Both the position numbers and the translations under genes were made by a program. From Octopus bimaculoides (Eukaryota), in assembly GCF_001194135.2 (NCBI RefSeq), contig NC_068986.1, positions 47,973,967 through 48,037,966 on the forward strand: 64,000 nt of DNA. The letters are read 5' to 3'. The notes under the pieces were generated by a model. The model was not told the DNA's origin, searched no databases, and worked only from the letters and a program-made list of their open reading frames with translations. Shown here one piece after another: positions 27,238 through 41,502 of the stretch. How positions within the stretch are numbered: the first letter of the stretch is position 1; each line of letters opens with the position of its first letter.

Positions 27238-27337
27238 CGTTTCTGGATAGTAATATAATATAGCATTCTTTGGATCATCTCCTTCATCTTTTAGAACAGT
27301 CATGTCATAGAGAATGACACGCGTGTCTGTTAGAGTC
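27238..27337 (-). CDS. HPS4: HPS4 exon 2 (longin domain 1 start): TLTDTRVILYDMTVLKDEGDDPKNAILYYYPET
   Basis: Acceptor ttctatttcag| and donor ACG|gtttgt; 100 nt, phase 2 to 0. Resembles human HPS4 [27 protein letters not shown] (recalled). Confidence 0.9.
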
Positions 27338-30300
27338 CTGAAATAGAACAAATATTTAAGAATCTTGAATAATGTCAAACAAAAAAATGCAAATCCTTCA
27401 TAATTTCAACTATCTTACATTCTTTTATTCTTTTACTTGTTTCAGCCATTTGACTGCGGCCATGCTGGAGCACCACCTTTAGTCGAGTAAATTGACCCCT
27501 AGACTTATTCTTTGTAAGCTTAGTACTTATTCTATCAGTCTCTTTTACCAAACTGCTAAGCTACGGGGATGTAATCACACCAGCATCAGTTGTCAGGATG
27601 TTNNNNNNNNNNAGATACACACACACACACACACATACATATATATACATACAATGGGCTTCTTTCAGTTTCCGTCTACCAAATCCACTCAATACTTTGG
27701 TTGGCCCATGGCTATAGTAGAAGACACTTGCTCAAGGTGCCATGCAGTGGGACTAAACTTGGAACCATGTGATTGGTAAGCCAGCCACTTACCACACAGA
27801 TGAATCTGTATGTTGTTCAATCCTTTTGTTACCATATTTCTGTCAAAATATGCTACCTCAGTTTCAGCTAAGTTTGAAAATAATGAAGAATTTAGTGAAA
27901 TAACTTTGTCATTGTTAAGCTAGTGTTTGGAGCATAAATTACCATATTTTAATGTGTATAAGGAACCCTTTTTCGTCAAAAACTAGGTCAAAAAACTATG
28001 GGAGTTTCTTATAACATGGATAGCATTATAATCCCTTACAAAACATACTTTCTAAATTTTAAGCCCCCAAAATTAGGGGGTTATTTGAAATTTTGGCACA
28101 TGGCCAGCAAGTTCAGGGAGGGTTTACATCAATTACATCGACCCCAGTGTTCAACTAGTACTTATTTTATTGACCCCAAAAGGATGAAAGGCAAAGTTGA
28201 CCTCATCAGTATTTGAACTCAGACCTTAAAGACAAATGAAAAGGCAATAAGCATTTTGCCCAGTGTGCTAATGATTCTGCCAGCTCGCTGCCTTTTTGGA
28301 GGGTGGAGTTCATCCGGGAATTTGGAGCATAAATTAACATGAAATTATAATAATCAAGATTACTTTAAAATAAGACATTTGTATCACATAACCAAGGTTT
28401 GTATTATAGAACTAAGGCTGGCTGTTATCAAAAGGGTTAAGATCAGTCTATGACTTCTTTTTGTCACAAATTTGTTTATAGAGAATCACTTATGATACAT
28501 AAATACACTAAAATATAATATATATTTTAAAGATAGAAATAATCTATACACACACCATACATATTTATTTATTTATTTCAGTCATTGATCTGTGGCCATG
28601 CTGTGGACACTGCCTTGAAAGAATTAGTCAATCAAACTACATCCAGAACTTATTTTATATCTATTATTCTATTCATCTCTTTTATGTTAAACTGCTATGT
28701 TTTGGGAATGTAATCAAATCAACACTGGTTGTAAGGCAGTGAGACTCACACACACTATGTATGCATGCATGCATACATACATACATACTGGGCCTCCATG
28801 CAGTTTCCATCAATCAAATTCACTAACAAGTCAATGGTTGGCCCTGATGCCTTGTGTTGTGTAACAAAGAGCTGAACCACATAGAGTAGTGCCTTTTATT
28901 TGTTTTTGTTTTACATTACTTAGTAATGGCATGGCTGTATGGTTCAGAATTTCACATCTCAACCACATTGGTTCTGGGTTCAATCCCACAGTGTAGAACC
29001 TTGACCATCACCACATAGCCCTTGGGTGTGTTTTGCAGAGTAGCTTCTGTAGTAAACATGTGGGCTAGTTGCTCCATCAGAGGATAATTTCCTTCTTTCC
29101 CCCCAATCAATCTTTGAGGCCCCAAAATGTATGAAGGAGCTTATTACAATTCTGCCACTTATTAAATTTGTTTATTTGCTTCATGTCCATTTTTCCCATG
29201 CTTGCAAGAGTTAGAAGAGAATGTTGTTTAAAGCATTGTTTTTCAGCCATTGTTTTACTGATGCGAATCTTCATTTGCTTTTTGAGTAACAGTTTTGCTT
29301 ATTCCACACAGCATCAATGCACAGTGTCCAGATGGTTTGATGCCAGCTGCACTTTGCAGATGCAAACAAACACACATATACATGCGCAAACTCACACACA
29401 CACACACACACATGCACAAATACACACACAATGATTATCTATTTAGTGTCTGTCTACTAAATCCACTCACAAGGCATTGGTTGGATCTATATGGTCACCT
29501 AATCTGTTAGAAATAACAGCCAAATTTCTTTAACCCTTTTGATATCAACCTGCCTCAAAAAAACACTAGTCTAAAGTGCTGCACAATGGGACTGAAACTG
29601 AATGATATGGTAAGGAAGCAAGCTTCTTAACTCTACAGAAGTTTCACCAGGGGCATTAGAAGACATTTTACCCAATGTACAGCAATTAGACTGGACACAA
29701 AAATATGTGATAGCAAAGTGAACTTGTTCACAACATAATACTATGCCCGAACCTATTTCAAAATCAATACTTCACACACACACACAAACGCAGATAAGGA
29801 TACACACCATAGAAAGACAGAATGGATTTAACAGGACAAGAAGAGACACTTGAGATAGAGTGTCACTGAGGAGGACACTGAATGTGTGATGAAAGGTTTC
29901 AGACGAAGGACAGTAAAATAAGAATAATAAAGCTGAAGTGAAAACCATGTATAGAGTGCATGTTGTTGATTGGTAAAAAACATGACCATCTCCAAGTATA
30001 GCAATATCTGTTTCAACATGTGATTTCATATCAGGAATCTTACAAATCAAATACATAAATGTAAGTACAAAGCACAGGGAGAAAAACCCAATTATAGATT
30101 GACGGATGTAGTTAATAGTTATCAGTGTGGTTACAGCAGAACCAATAATTTTACAGACGTAAAAGTACTAAAAGAGATAAAGAATTAGATCAGTTGTGGG
30201 CACAGTTGTCAGCAAATGACACAACGTCAAATAGACAAGTTTTTATGAAGATAACCAAATATGTTACTGACTAACAATTTTCTAAATATAAGAATAATGT

Positions 30301-30550
30301 ATTACATTCCAATAAGGCACCATGGAGTCTATATATATTCTTTTATTTGTTTCAGTCATTTGACTGCAGCCATGCTGGAGCACTACCTTTAGTCGAATAA
30401 ATTTACCCCAAGACTTACTCTTTGTAAGCCTAGTACTCAATCTATTGGTCTCTTTTGCCGAACCGCTAAGTTACAGGCACGTAAAGATACCAACATCGGT
30501 TGTTAAGTGATGGTAGTGGGACAAACACAGACATACAAACATATACATAG

Positions 30551-30612
<62 letters not shown>

Positions 30613-32560
30613 CAGGCTTCTTTCAGTTTCCATTTACCAAATCCACTCAAGGCTTTGGTCAGCCCAAGGCTATAATAGGAAACACTTGCCCAAGGTGCTA
30701 TGCAGTGGGACTGAACCCAGAACTACGTGGTTGGTAAGCAAGTTACATACCACACAGCCACTCCTGCACTTACATATATATATATATCATCAGTAGATCG
30801 TATATCCAAAAAAGAAGCATACTCTAAACATTAAAACAGTAATGTATTTATAGGAAGTTAATTATATGGTTAATCAGTGCTGCATTAACCCATTAAGCAA
30901 AATAAGGACATGCTTAGGGCATCTAGGGACAGGGGCACCACAGAAATGAAAATGGTTTATGGCACAAAAGAAATCACTTTAAACTTACTAAAATGATATT
31001 TGTAATGCCTTATCTCTAATAAGTATAGAAGCAGAAGTTTTATGTAAAATTAATTTTAACAATATCATCAAACACTTTGCAATTAGATTAAAAAAAAAAA
31101 ACGAAGGAAGGAACTTTTCAAATATAAATTAAATGGAAGCATACAAAAATAAACATTATTTTCCATCCTACTGTGAATTTTCATTTTCAAAGATAAAAAT
31201 TTATTTTATGGCTTATTATCATTTACATTTTGAACTATTTTCGTTTACATTTTGAACCATTTACATATACTTGAGGGCATCAAAACCTTTTAAGTGCTTA
31301 GGGCCTCTATGGGTCTTAATCTGGCTCAGTGGCCAGTCATAGGGTGACCAATGGTTTTGCATCCACAAAGCACTTAACCTTACAGATGGCTCACCAGATC
31401 CTAATGGCCATGGAATTATAACCTCTATCTCTATTTTAAAAAGTGGTAATATGCCTGCAGCCGTTAGGGTCCAAGGAGCCGCCTATAAGGCTAAGCGCTT
31501 TATGGATGCAAGACCATTGGTAATATAATTAACTTCCAATACATATATATATATATATATATATANNNNNNNNNNNNNNNNNNNNNNNNNNNNNNNNNNN
31601 NNNNNNNNNNNNNNNNNNNNNNNNNNNNNNNNNNNNNNNNNNNNNNNNNNNNNNNNNNNNNNNNNNNNNNNNNNNNNNNGCTTTCCATGTTAGCAAGGGT
31701 TGGACGATTTGACTGAGGACTGGTGAAACCGGATGGCAACACCAGGCTCCAATCTGATTTGACAGAGTTTCTACAGCTGGATGCCCTTCCTAACACCAAC
31801 CACTCAGAGAGTGAAGTGGGTGCTTTTACGTGTCACCCGCACGAAGGTCAGTCAGGCGATACTGGCAACGGCCATGCTCAAAATGGTGTATTTTATGTGC
31901 CACCCGCACAAGAGCCAGTCCAGGGGCACTGGCAACGATCTTGCTCGAGAATCCTACGAAGGCCAGTCAGGCGGTACTGGCAACGGCCACGCTCAAAATG
32001 GTATCATCATCATCTTATACTCTCCCAACCAGCACTGTGGTGAGAGAGTCAAAACACATACTATGCTTTGATGTGAAAACTCCTAAATGTTAAATCTTGG
32101 ATTTTAATTTTAATTCGCTTGAAAAAACAGAAAAAAGATTTTTTTAACAGGATGTAATTGATTTGAAAATAAAAAAAAAAAACCCCACAACTAAAACAGC
32201 TATAGTGAACTTCAGCTCATTTCTGTTATATATATGTGTATATATGGTGGAGTGCAGTGTCTTGAAACATTAAAATATAACAATACATTTAAAGCAGTGA
32301 ATCTTGAAATTTTAAAATTAGACAGGTATAATATAGTAGTATGGAAAGTAATGTTCATTGTGTTGTGGTGGTGGTGATACAAATACAACAACAATAGTAA
32401 GAATTATTCAAAGGAATAGATAAGAGTTGAAGCAGAGAGAAACAAGATAAAGTTAGTAAATAAAGTTGACCTCTTAACATTTAAAAATATAATAAGAACA
32501 CTTAGATAAAATATAATAATGTTGATGAGAATTTGGGTAATTATAACAATGATTACTACA

Positions 32561-32895
32561 GTGAAGGTGTATGGCTCAGTGGTTAGAGCGTCGGGCTCAC
32601 AAACATGAGGTAGTGAGTTTGATTCCTGGATTGGGTTGTTTGTTGTGCTCTTGAGCTGACACTTTATTTCATGTTGCTCCAGTTCACTGATCTGTAGAAA
32701 TGAGTTGCGCCATCACTGGTGCCAAGCTGTATCGGCTTTCGCCTTTCCCTTCGACAACATTGGTAGCAGGGAGAGGGGATGTTGGTATGCATAGGTGACT
32801 GGTCTTCCATAAACAACCTTGCCCAGACTTGTGCCTTGGAGGATAAATTTTTAGGTGCAATCCCAAGGTCATTTATGACCAAAGGAAGTCCTTTC
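32561..32895 (+). mobile_element. tRNA-derived SINE family E
   Basis: gtgaaggtgtatggctcagtggttagagc...gttcgattcc-like head; same family as 54383-54725 (-) and 49301-49510 (+). Confidence 0.8.
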
Positions 32896-33219
32896 TACCA
32901 TAGTGATGGGAATAAAGATGTATCATCATCATCATCACCACCACCATATTATCATCATCATCATCGTTTAACTTGTGTGTGTCGGATAGAATTTGTTAAG
33001 GCAGATTTTCTAAGACTGGATGCCCTTCTTGCAACCGTTCCTCCCGTTTCCAAGCAAGGTGCTATTTCCTTGTACCAGACATGTTTTTCTATGAAAGACT
33101 GGACAGGAACATCACATGCATGTTCATGATGATGTTGATTGTTTAGAGTCATCACATAAGACAAGGTTATATGCAAACACATTGTCGTCATCGGCATTAA
33201 CTTGTATCCGAGTAGTTAA

Positions 33220-33660
33220 TCTGTAGAGAGTGATTGAGTTTCTTCATCCTGATGGGTGTGAAGGTTGCTAGTGCCTGAGGTTGTTATTTAGGCCAAGGGT
33301 GGTATAGAAGAGCCAAGTGGGCAAGTTGCTCTTTGTGTCTTTGACGTCTGATCTCTGCCTTGTGACATCTGTTATTTTCCATCTGGCCTATTCCCTTGAC
33401 GATGACATGGTGCCACTTTGGGTGGTCCTTGGCAATTGTCTCCCAGGTATTTGGGTCAATGGAGCAGCAGAGGACAGTGGTCTTGAACTGGTCTCAGAAA
33501 TGAAATTTGGGGGTGACATGTGGTCTGGTGTCCGAGACCAACTCCACACAGAGGAACTGATGGAGGGAGGTGTATTTAAGGTATGTATATGATGTGTTCC
33601 AACCAGCGAAGGTGGTGTCATGCTATGGTAGCTTCAATGCTAAGCAGTCTGGCCTCCAGC
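33220..33660 (-). mobile_element. RTE LINE ORF2 C-terminal remnant
   Basis: ...DQFKTTVLCCSIDPNTWETIAKDHPKWHHVI..., the RTE-type RFKD...TWETLAxDR motif in decayed form. Confidence 0.6.
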
Positions 33661-36600
33661 AGAACCTTTTCATTGGTAATGTAATCATTCCATCAAATCC
33701 TCATTGTGCAAAGTTTGTGCTGCTAGAAACGTTCAATGTTCTTCAAACACATACACACAAGCATACATACTCACATACACACAAACCCGATGGGCTTCTT
33801 TTAGTTTCTGTCTATCAAATTTACTCTTCACAAGACTTTGGTCACACTATGAGGCTATAGTAGAAGACACTTGTCCAAGGTTTCACACAGTTGGACTGAA
33901 CTCATAACCACATGGTTGGGAAGTAAGTTTTTCAACCACACAGTCAATATGTATATTTCTAACAAAATCAGTTGATACGGTACAGAACATTGCTTGATTT
34001 TTGGCATCAAATTATGTATAGTGAACCATTAACTAACCCCTTAAACTCTTTCAGATCAAATGCTCAATAAAGCTATTGTCCATGAAGAAATACATACACC
34101 TGCCTTCACACATACACACACATGTATGCATGCAGACATACACTCACAAACACATAATTTCATTTGGATAAAAGGAAAATGGAAGTATACTCCAAGATTT
34201 CAAACAATAAACAAGAATTGCCACTCAATATATACAAACAACAAATAACAAATAATACCAGAGCAGTGAAATATACCTGTCTCTCAACCCTTTTGTTACC
34301 ATATTTTGGTTGAAGTACACTGCCGTTGTTTCAATTAATTATCAAAATTACGAGGAATTTAGCAAAACAACATCGTTATCATTAAGCTGATGCTTGGTAC
34401 ATAAATGAACATGAAATTTCGATGGAAGTTTTAGTTCAGATCATTTTAAAACAGGAAGACTATTCCTCAGAATTGGGGCAGTCTTGGGATGAGTGGTATC
34501 AAAAGGGCTAGAGTTCTTTACAAATGCAGAACAAAAATTGCCAGTTAATTACAATGTATACTGCTTAAAGTTTGTTTTATCGTAATCCTCAATAAAAGAT
34601 AAAGCTAACTTCCATTGTTTAGGATTTCAAAAAAAAGCAATTAAAAGAACAAGCTTGATGGATTTTTTCTTTTTGTTTTTTTGCATTCATTATTAGAAAT
34701 ATTATTACTATTTGTATTTCTATTAATAGTCTAATAAAAGTAAGTATGAGTACACTCATTAACTTTCTATAAGAATAGTTGTAAATACATTGAATGAATC
34801 ATGAGGTTCATCATGAGCGTTTTACACACACACACACACATGTTGAGTCAAGGATTAACAATGTAAGATACCATTTGTTTAAGAATGGCATATTTTTCAT
34901 AAACAAAATATTATTTTCTCTTATATTTCAATTGTTGTAAAATTAAATGGGGTATTTCCTTTTTGGCTTCTCTTAGGAGAATTTTTTAGATGTAAGTAAT
35001 CATTGAGGACTGTACATCATATCCAGCATATATCTCTTAAATAGGTGCAAGCAAGTCTGCTTCCCAACCACCATGGTTTTGGGTTCAATACCACAGCAAG
35101 GCAACCTGGGCAAGTGTCTTCTACTATAAAACCATCCCAACCTAAGTCTTGTGAGTGGACATGGCAGATGCAAACTGAAGACGCCCGTCAGGTGTGTGTG
35201 TGTGTGTGTTACAGTCTCCTTGCTTTGAAATTATGTGATGGTTGTAAACAATTGTCACCTTCATTCCTAATCTTCCATGAAAACATTTCTGGTTATAGGA
35301 AAATATTACCTTATTTGGAAATAGGTGAAAGTTAGTGACGGGAAGAGCATCCAGCTGTAGAAAATCCACCTAAAAAACAATTCCACCCAACCTATGCAAG
35401 CATAGAAAAGTATGTTAAAACAGTGACCATTATACATTGCGTTATTTCACCTTTATCATTGTTGCTTCGAGTCCTAAACTTGGAAAGCAGATCTGGTAAT
35501 TCATTTTCAGATTATTCATTTTAGAATATTAATTACTTAATGTTCAGTTTTTATAAAAAATAAAAAATGAAATAAGCAAGTATCTGTTTTAGAAAAGATT
35601 TTGGACAAACGTCTTTTGTCTTTTACCATAGACTCAAACTAACCAATGTCTTGTGAGTAAAACTGGTTAGATAGAAACTGTATTGGAGCCTGTCACATGG
35701 ATTATACTTTTAATTCAAAGACCCAGTAGCATTACATCATAATCTAATGTGTAAATGGATGTAAAACATTAAAACAGTAATGTATTTATAGGAAGTTAAT
35801 TATATGGCCAGTCAGTGCTGGATTAATCCATTAAGCAAAATAAGGACATGCTTAGGGCATCTAGGGACAGAGGCACCACAGAAATGAAAATGGTTTACGG
35901 CACGAAAGAAATCACTTTAAACTTGCTAAAATGATATTCGTAATGCTTTGTCTCTAATAAGTATAGAAGCAGAAGTTTTATGTAAAATTAATTTTTACAA
36001 TATCATCAAACACTTTGCAAAAAGTGATCAAACAACTTAATTGAAACCTATGGAGGATCCACAACTTCAAGACTTAGTATATTTCCCACAGTAATTTTAT
36101 TAGTATATCTTCCTTCTGTAACATTGACAACTTCTCACTGTCACCTATAACATCATGAAATTCTACGTCAACATATAGCACCCTAACTTCTTAACTTCTA
36201 AACACAAGTGTCATCTACAAGCAATCTAAACATTCCTGTTAGAGTGCACCGCTTTCTGAAGATCTTAAAAACATTCTCCAATATAGGCATACCAACCAAG
36301 TTTATTTTGACAGCTACACAAACACAAACAGTATACATATTACAGAAGCAACTTCACATTATCTCTTTCTCTGCATGAACATGTCTAAAACTTTCAAATT
36401 CACAAGTTCTGGGCTTTATAATTCCTGATGATCTATCGTGGTGAACATGCACCTATAATATGGGAATTTAAAATTACACTGCAATGACTAAAATTCCAAT
36501 TCAAAACCAAAAAAGTTATCCAAATCCTGATTTTTTGCTTTAACTCTTTATAATGTTCAAGTGTGATCCAGCTTGGAGTATTGCTCACATATTTAAATAT

Positions 36601-36695
36601 CATACTACTACTACTGCACACAATAACATCTGAATCTTTAGCCAAAAGAAAACCATTCAGTTGTTGTCATTTAGTACAAGATTAGTCCTAAGTGA

Positions 36696-36751
36696 GTGGA
36701 GGCGCAATGGTCCAGTGGTTAGGGCAGCGGACTCGCGGTCATAGGATCACA
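36696..36751 (+). mobile_element. SINE family A head (rest in N gap)
   Basis: gtggaggcgcaatggtccagtggttagggcagcggactcgcgg. Confidence 0.7.
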
Positions 36752-37120
36752 NNNNNNNNNNNNNNNNNNNNNNNNNNNNNNNNNNNNNNNNNNNNNNNNN
36801 NNNNNNNNNNNNNNNNNNNNNNNNNNNNNNNNNNNNNNNNNNNNNNNNNNNNNNNNNNNNNNNNNNNNNNNNNNNNNNNNNNNNNNNNNNNNNNNNNNNN
36901 NNNNNNNNNNNNNNNNNNNNNNNNNNNNNNNNNNNNNNNNNNNNNNNNNNNNNNNNNNNNNNNNNNNNNNNNNNNNNNNNNNNNNNNNNNNNNNNNNNNN
37001 NNNNNNNNNNNNNNNNNNNNNNNNNNNNNNNNNNNNNNNNNNNNNNNNNNNNNNNNNNNNNNNNNNNNNNNNNNNNNNNNNNNNNNNNNNNNNNNNNNNT
37101 TATCTAAGAGTGTGATTTAA

Positions 37121-37342
37121 CCCATTCATTACCAGATTTCTAAAGAAATATGCAACTTTTGTTCCAATTAAATTTGAAAAGAAGGAAGAATTTTTTAAAA
37201 CAATTTTGTCATTATTAAGCTGGAGTTTGGAACATAAATTAAAAAGGAATTTTGAAGGAAAGTTTTAATTTAAATCACTTTGAAACAGTAAATTTTTATC
37301 ATAAAAACAAGAGAAGTTTGAGGCAGGTTGATAACAAAAGGG
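37121..37342. mobile_element. piggyBac-type MITE (second family)
   Basis: TTAA-CCC...CAAAAGGG-TTAA; relatives at 34288-34507 and 27821-28436. Confidence 0.7.
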
Positions 37343-39499
37343 TTAAAGAAATTTGGCTGTTATTTCTAACAGATTAGGTGACCATATAGAGGTTCTTCTG
37401 GTGAATCATGACTACATTTGGCACTTGTACTATAATACACTCTATACAAGATTATGTCTGGAAAAGTATGAACAACACGATTTCTTGTTTCTCCTCAACT
37501 CAACTCTCTATAATTCTAAAGCTCTCAACAATCATAGTGGACAACCCAATCAAGTCCGGACTCTGACACCAATTGTTTCATCATTTGACAGGCAATGCAC
37601 TGTGCTCATCAACAAGACATTTCACTATCTGTCTGTGGATTCACACTATGTTTTACATGAGACTAAATACTCTCTTCTAGGTTATTGTCTTTTCTAAGAG
37701 AAACCTGACTGAAAAAAAAAAAACCTATAATCAAATACAATCCAGTGATGACCATCATGAAAATAATTGTGGCATTTAGTTTTGACCAGTAAGTTCTCTC
37801 TGTGATGTTTGAGATAATTTATATATGTCCATAACAATGAGTAACTTCAAGTCTCCAGATCATCATTGTCATCATTTTACATTCTTTTTTCCATGCTGGC
37901 ACAGGTTGGACGGTTCTACAGGAACCAATGAACTAGAGGATTGCACTGTACTCCATTGTTTATGCTGGTATGGTTTCTTCAGCTGGATCATCACCATTAC
38001 CATCATCCTTTAACGTCTTTTTTCCATGCTGGCATGGGTTGGCTGATTTGACCAGAGCTGGCAAACAGGAAGGACAGCTGCACCAAATTTCAATCTGATT
38101 TGGCTTGGTTTTTGTTCAGCTGGATGCCCTTCCTAATGCCAATAACTTTACTCAGTGTGCTGGATGCTTTTTACTTGGCACCAGCACGAGCAACTTTACA
38201 TGGCACCAGCATGGGTGCTCTTATGTAGCACCATCACAGGGATTTTGCAGGCCAATCCTCAGAGAAGTCTTCCCTTAGGGAAGTATATGATGTGGTGCAG
38301 CAAAGTCCAAAAGAGTAGAAAGGGAGGAATCCAACGAGAGAGGAACAAAAAAAAAAACAGCACAAAGTCAAGAACAACAGAAAAATGTTGTTGATGGCCT
38401 CTGCTCAATGAGGAGCAAGGGGTCCTTCTGGTGAATCATGACTGCATTTGGTAATCATTCAATAGTTATATTCTATACAAGATTATGTCAGGAAAAGGAT
38501 GAACAACAATTTGTTTCCTCTCTTGTTTCAAAACCTTTCAACAATCAGTGGACAACTTAATGAAGTCTAATGCTGTTAAGATGGTCTTATGTATAAGCTG
38601 TGTATAACTGAATAAATGCGTGTACCTCTTAATTATATTCATTTACTAATTTCTTTCTTTTTTTTTTTACTCTTCATTTTTAATAAGTTTGAAAGAAAAA
38701 TTATTTTATAATAGAATATGGAACAAAACAAGCAACTATGTAGATTAATGCTGTAATTATGAATTCAAATCTCACTGTGATAGACTTTGCCTTTCACTCT
38801 AAAGAGGATAAAATGAAGTAGCCATCAAGCACCCAGGGGGTCAATTCACACTCATGCAATGCATCATGACCTAGCACATCTAGGTCAACATTGTCTAATG
38901 TGTCTTCATTCAAATAAGGGTGCACGTTGAGGGAGATTTTGCAACTATTTCTAGCCAGCCGAATGACTATATGGAAATCCTTTATTGGTATCTGTTTTAA
39001 TAATACTTGAATGTGCATATGTGAGAGAGACAGACAGACAGACAGAAAGAGAGAGTAATGAAGGGATTAAGCTACTTATAATACAATTAGCGCAGCATTT
39101 TACCTTGGCCTTCAGCTCAGGTAAATCTGCTGAATCACTAGATTAAGAACTCAGGTGTAGACAGTATCAACAACAGACACAGCAGGTGACAACATGGGAG
39201 CTTCTACAATGTAGTTGTTCAATCTTCTGGAAATAGCAGCCAAATCAATTTTTCATTACACCCTGCATCCGTGTAAAATGAATGGAAACATTGGTAATGT
39301 ATGTAACGCTACATACTCTTAATGAAGTGGATTGTCTCAGCAGGACAGCATATTAACTAAGGTCTGTTGAATTAGGAATGACTGGCCTGGCCTAGCTTGG
39401 GGTTAAACAACAACAACAACAAAAATGAAATAATATTAACAGTATCGGCAGCAACAACAGTATAAGGGGCAAAAACACATTAGTATCAACAACATAAAT

Positions 39500-40272
39500 A
39501 ATAATGGCTTCAAATTTTGCCAAAGGGTTAGCAATTTTGGTGGGAGGGGATGAGTCGATTACATTGACCCCAGTGTTCAACTGCTATTTATGTTATCGAC
39601 CCCGAAAGGATGAACGGCAAAGTCGACCCCGGCGGAATTTGAACTCAGAACGTAGCGACGGGCGAAATACAGCTAAGCATTTCGTCCAGCGTGCTAAAGA
39701 TTCTGCCAGCTCACCGCCTTAATAATAATAATTATTATTGTTTCAAATTTTTTGCCACAAGGGTAGCTTGGAGGCGGGGATGAGTCGATCACATCGACCC
39801 CATTGTTCAACTGGTACTTATTTTATCGACCCTGAAAGGGCGAAAGGCAAAGTCGACCTCGGCGGAATTTGAACTCAGAACGTAGCGACGAGCGAAACAC
39901 CACTAAATAATAATGGTTTCAAATTTTGCCACAAGAGCAGCAACTTGAGGGGTGAGAATGAGTCGATTATATCGACCCCAATGTTCAACTGGTACTTATT
40001 TTATCGAAAGAATGAAAGGTAGAGTCGACCTCGGTGGAAAAATAGTAATACCCAAAACAAACTAGGTGCGGGTCATTAATGTCATGGGAGGTAATTCGAT
40101 GCTTAAGGTTCATAATATTACTAGTATAGCTATAGGCACAAGGCCTGAAATTTTAGGGGAGAAAGGGCCGGTCGATTACATCGACTCCAGTGCTCAACTG
40201 GTATTTATATTATCGACTTCGAAAATACGAAAAGTTAAGTCAACCGCGGAGGAATTCGAACCCAGAACGTAA
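39500..40272 (-). mobile_element. cluster of ~4 SINE family B copies
   Basis: Repeated cgaccccgaaaggatgaaaggcaaagtcgacctcggcggaatttgaactcagaacg units; about 20 further copies are dispersed through the window. Confidence 0.8.
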
Positions 40273-41030
40273 AGGTAACAGAAAATAAAGTGGACAGCGG
40301 TAGGATTTGAACACGTAATTAGTGATTGAATGAACTAGATAGCAGAATGTATTTACAATCAGTATAACAGGAAACTTGCCAGAACTATTCGTAGTAATTT
40401 GTTGGAGCAAAAAGAGTTGTTGTTGTTGTTGTTTAACCACAGGTTAGCTTCAATTGAGGAGAACGAAAATCCATATAACACACATTTAGAGAAAGTAAAC
40501 TTAAAACAATGTCTAAAGAAATTTAAATCGTCTGTTAAAACATGTATGCTCTTGATACAGACCTGTGTCTCATGCGCCGGTTATGAGACTTCCTAGAGGT
40601 CCCAGGACTATGTAAAGATGTCCAAGTAGTCATAATTGAAGCGAAAGAGGAAATAGATTCTGTTTACATTTTCAGGTACGTTAAAGTTTTACTAGCTTCA
40701 GCGAGACGTAATGTTGATTAAAAGTAACAAGTCGGTGCGGTGTTAGTCATTAACAAAAACAAAAAAGAAGCAGCAGCATCATTTGGCTTAATTAGTTGAA
40801 CTAACTAGATCTGAAATAATGCTTTTAAGTTTACATACACTATGTAATTCAAGTAAATAGGTTTTGCCACTGTCTTTCGTTTATTATAGTAGGCAGATAA
40901 CAACAAATAGACGCAGACACACAGACATTTATATATCACACATACAAGGAGAATAATTGACAGGTATAGAATTAAAACAAACGGAAATAAAATAACATTG
41001 ATAACCTCGAAATAATTACAAGTAACTCAC

Positions 41031-41041
41031 CCACTTAACAT
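41031..41041 (-). CDS. HPS4: HPS4 candidate first coding exon (ATG TTA AGT GG|)
   Basis: Minus strand reads gaaacaATGTTAAGTGG|gtgagt, with a strong donor and an in-frame stop upstream. Its phase-2 end matches the phase-2 start of exon 27238-27337. It lies in the CpG-retaining region. Too short to confirm by homology. Confidence 0.5.
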
Positions 41042-41502
41042 TGTTTCGCTGACAGTGGAGCACTGGATTCGTGCAAAGTGTAATTAACGGGAATAGAAGC
41101 GTGTAATATGCACATGACAACTAGCTTGCGGGCAAATAGTGTCTGTATTATGTTGTTCTTTTCTCTAGACACATACACACACAAAGTTATATACGGGAAT
41201 ATATTCATTAACGTTGGAGTGGGTGGAGTACAGTGGTAGAAAAAGTAACTAAATGTGCTAAAAACTATTTATTTAACAACGGGAAATAATCCAGACGTTT
41301 TGCTCATGTCCATTTCGCCTGCTGTATAACACATTGGTTACAATAATTTTTTTTTTTAACTGCAGCTTGGTAACAATAAAGGAACTGATTTTCAAGGGAT
41401 AAGTGGCAACAAGAGGTATTTTAACAATTTAACCTAGCCCGTACTAGTATTACAGTTTTACAAATTCGTATTTTGAAGGCAAATTGATTTATTGATGTAT
41501 TC

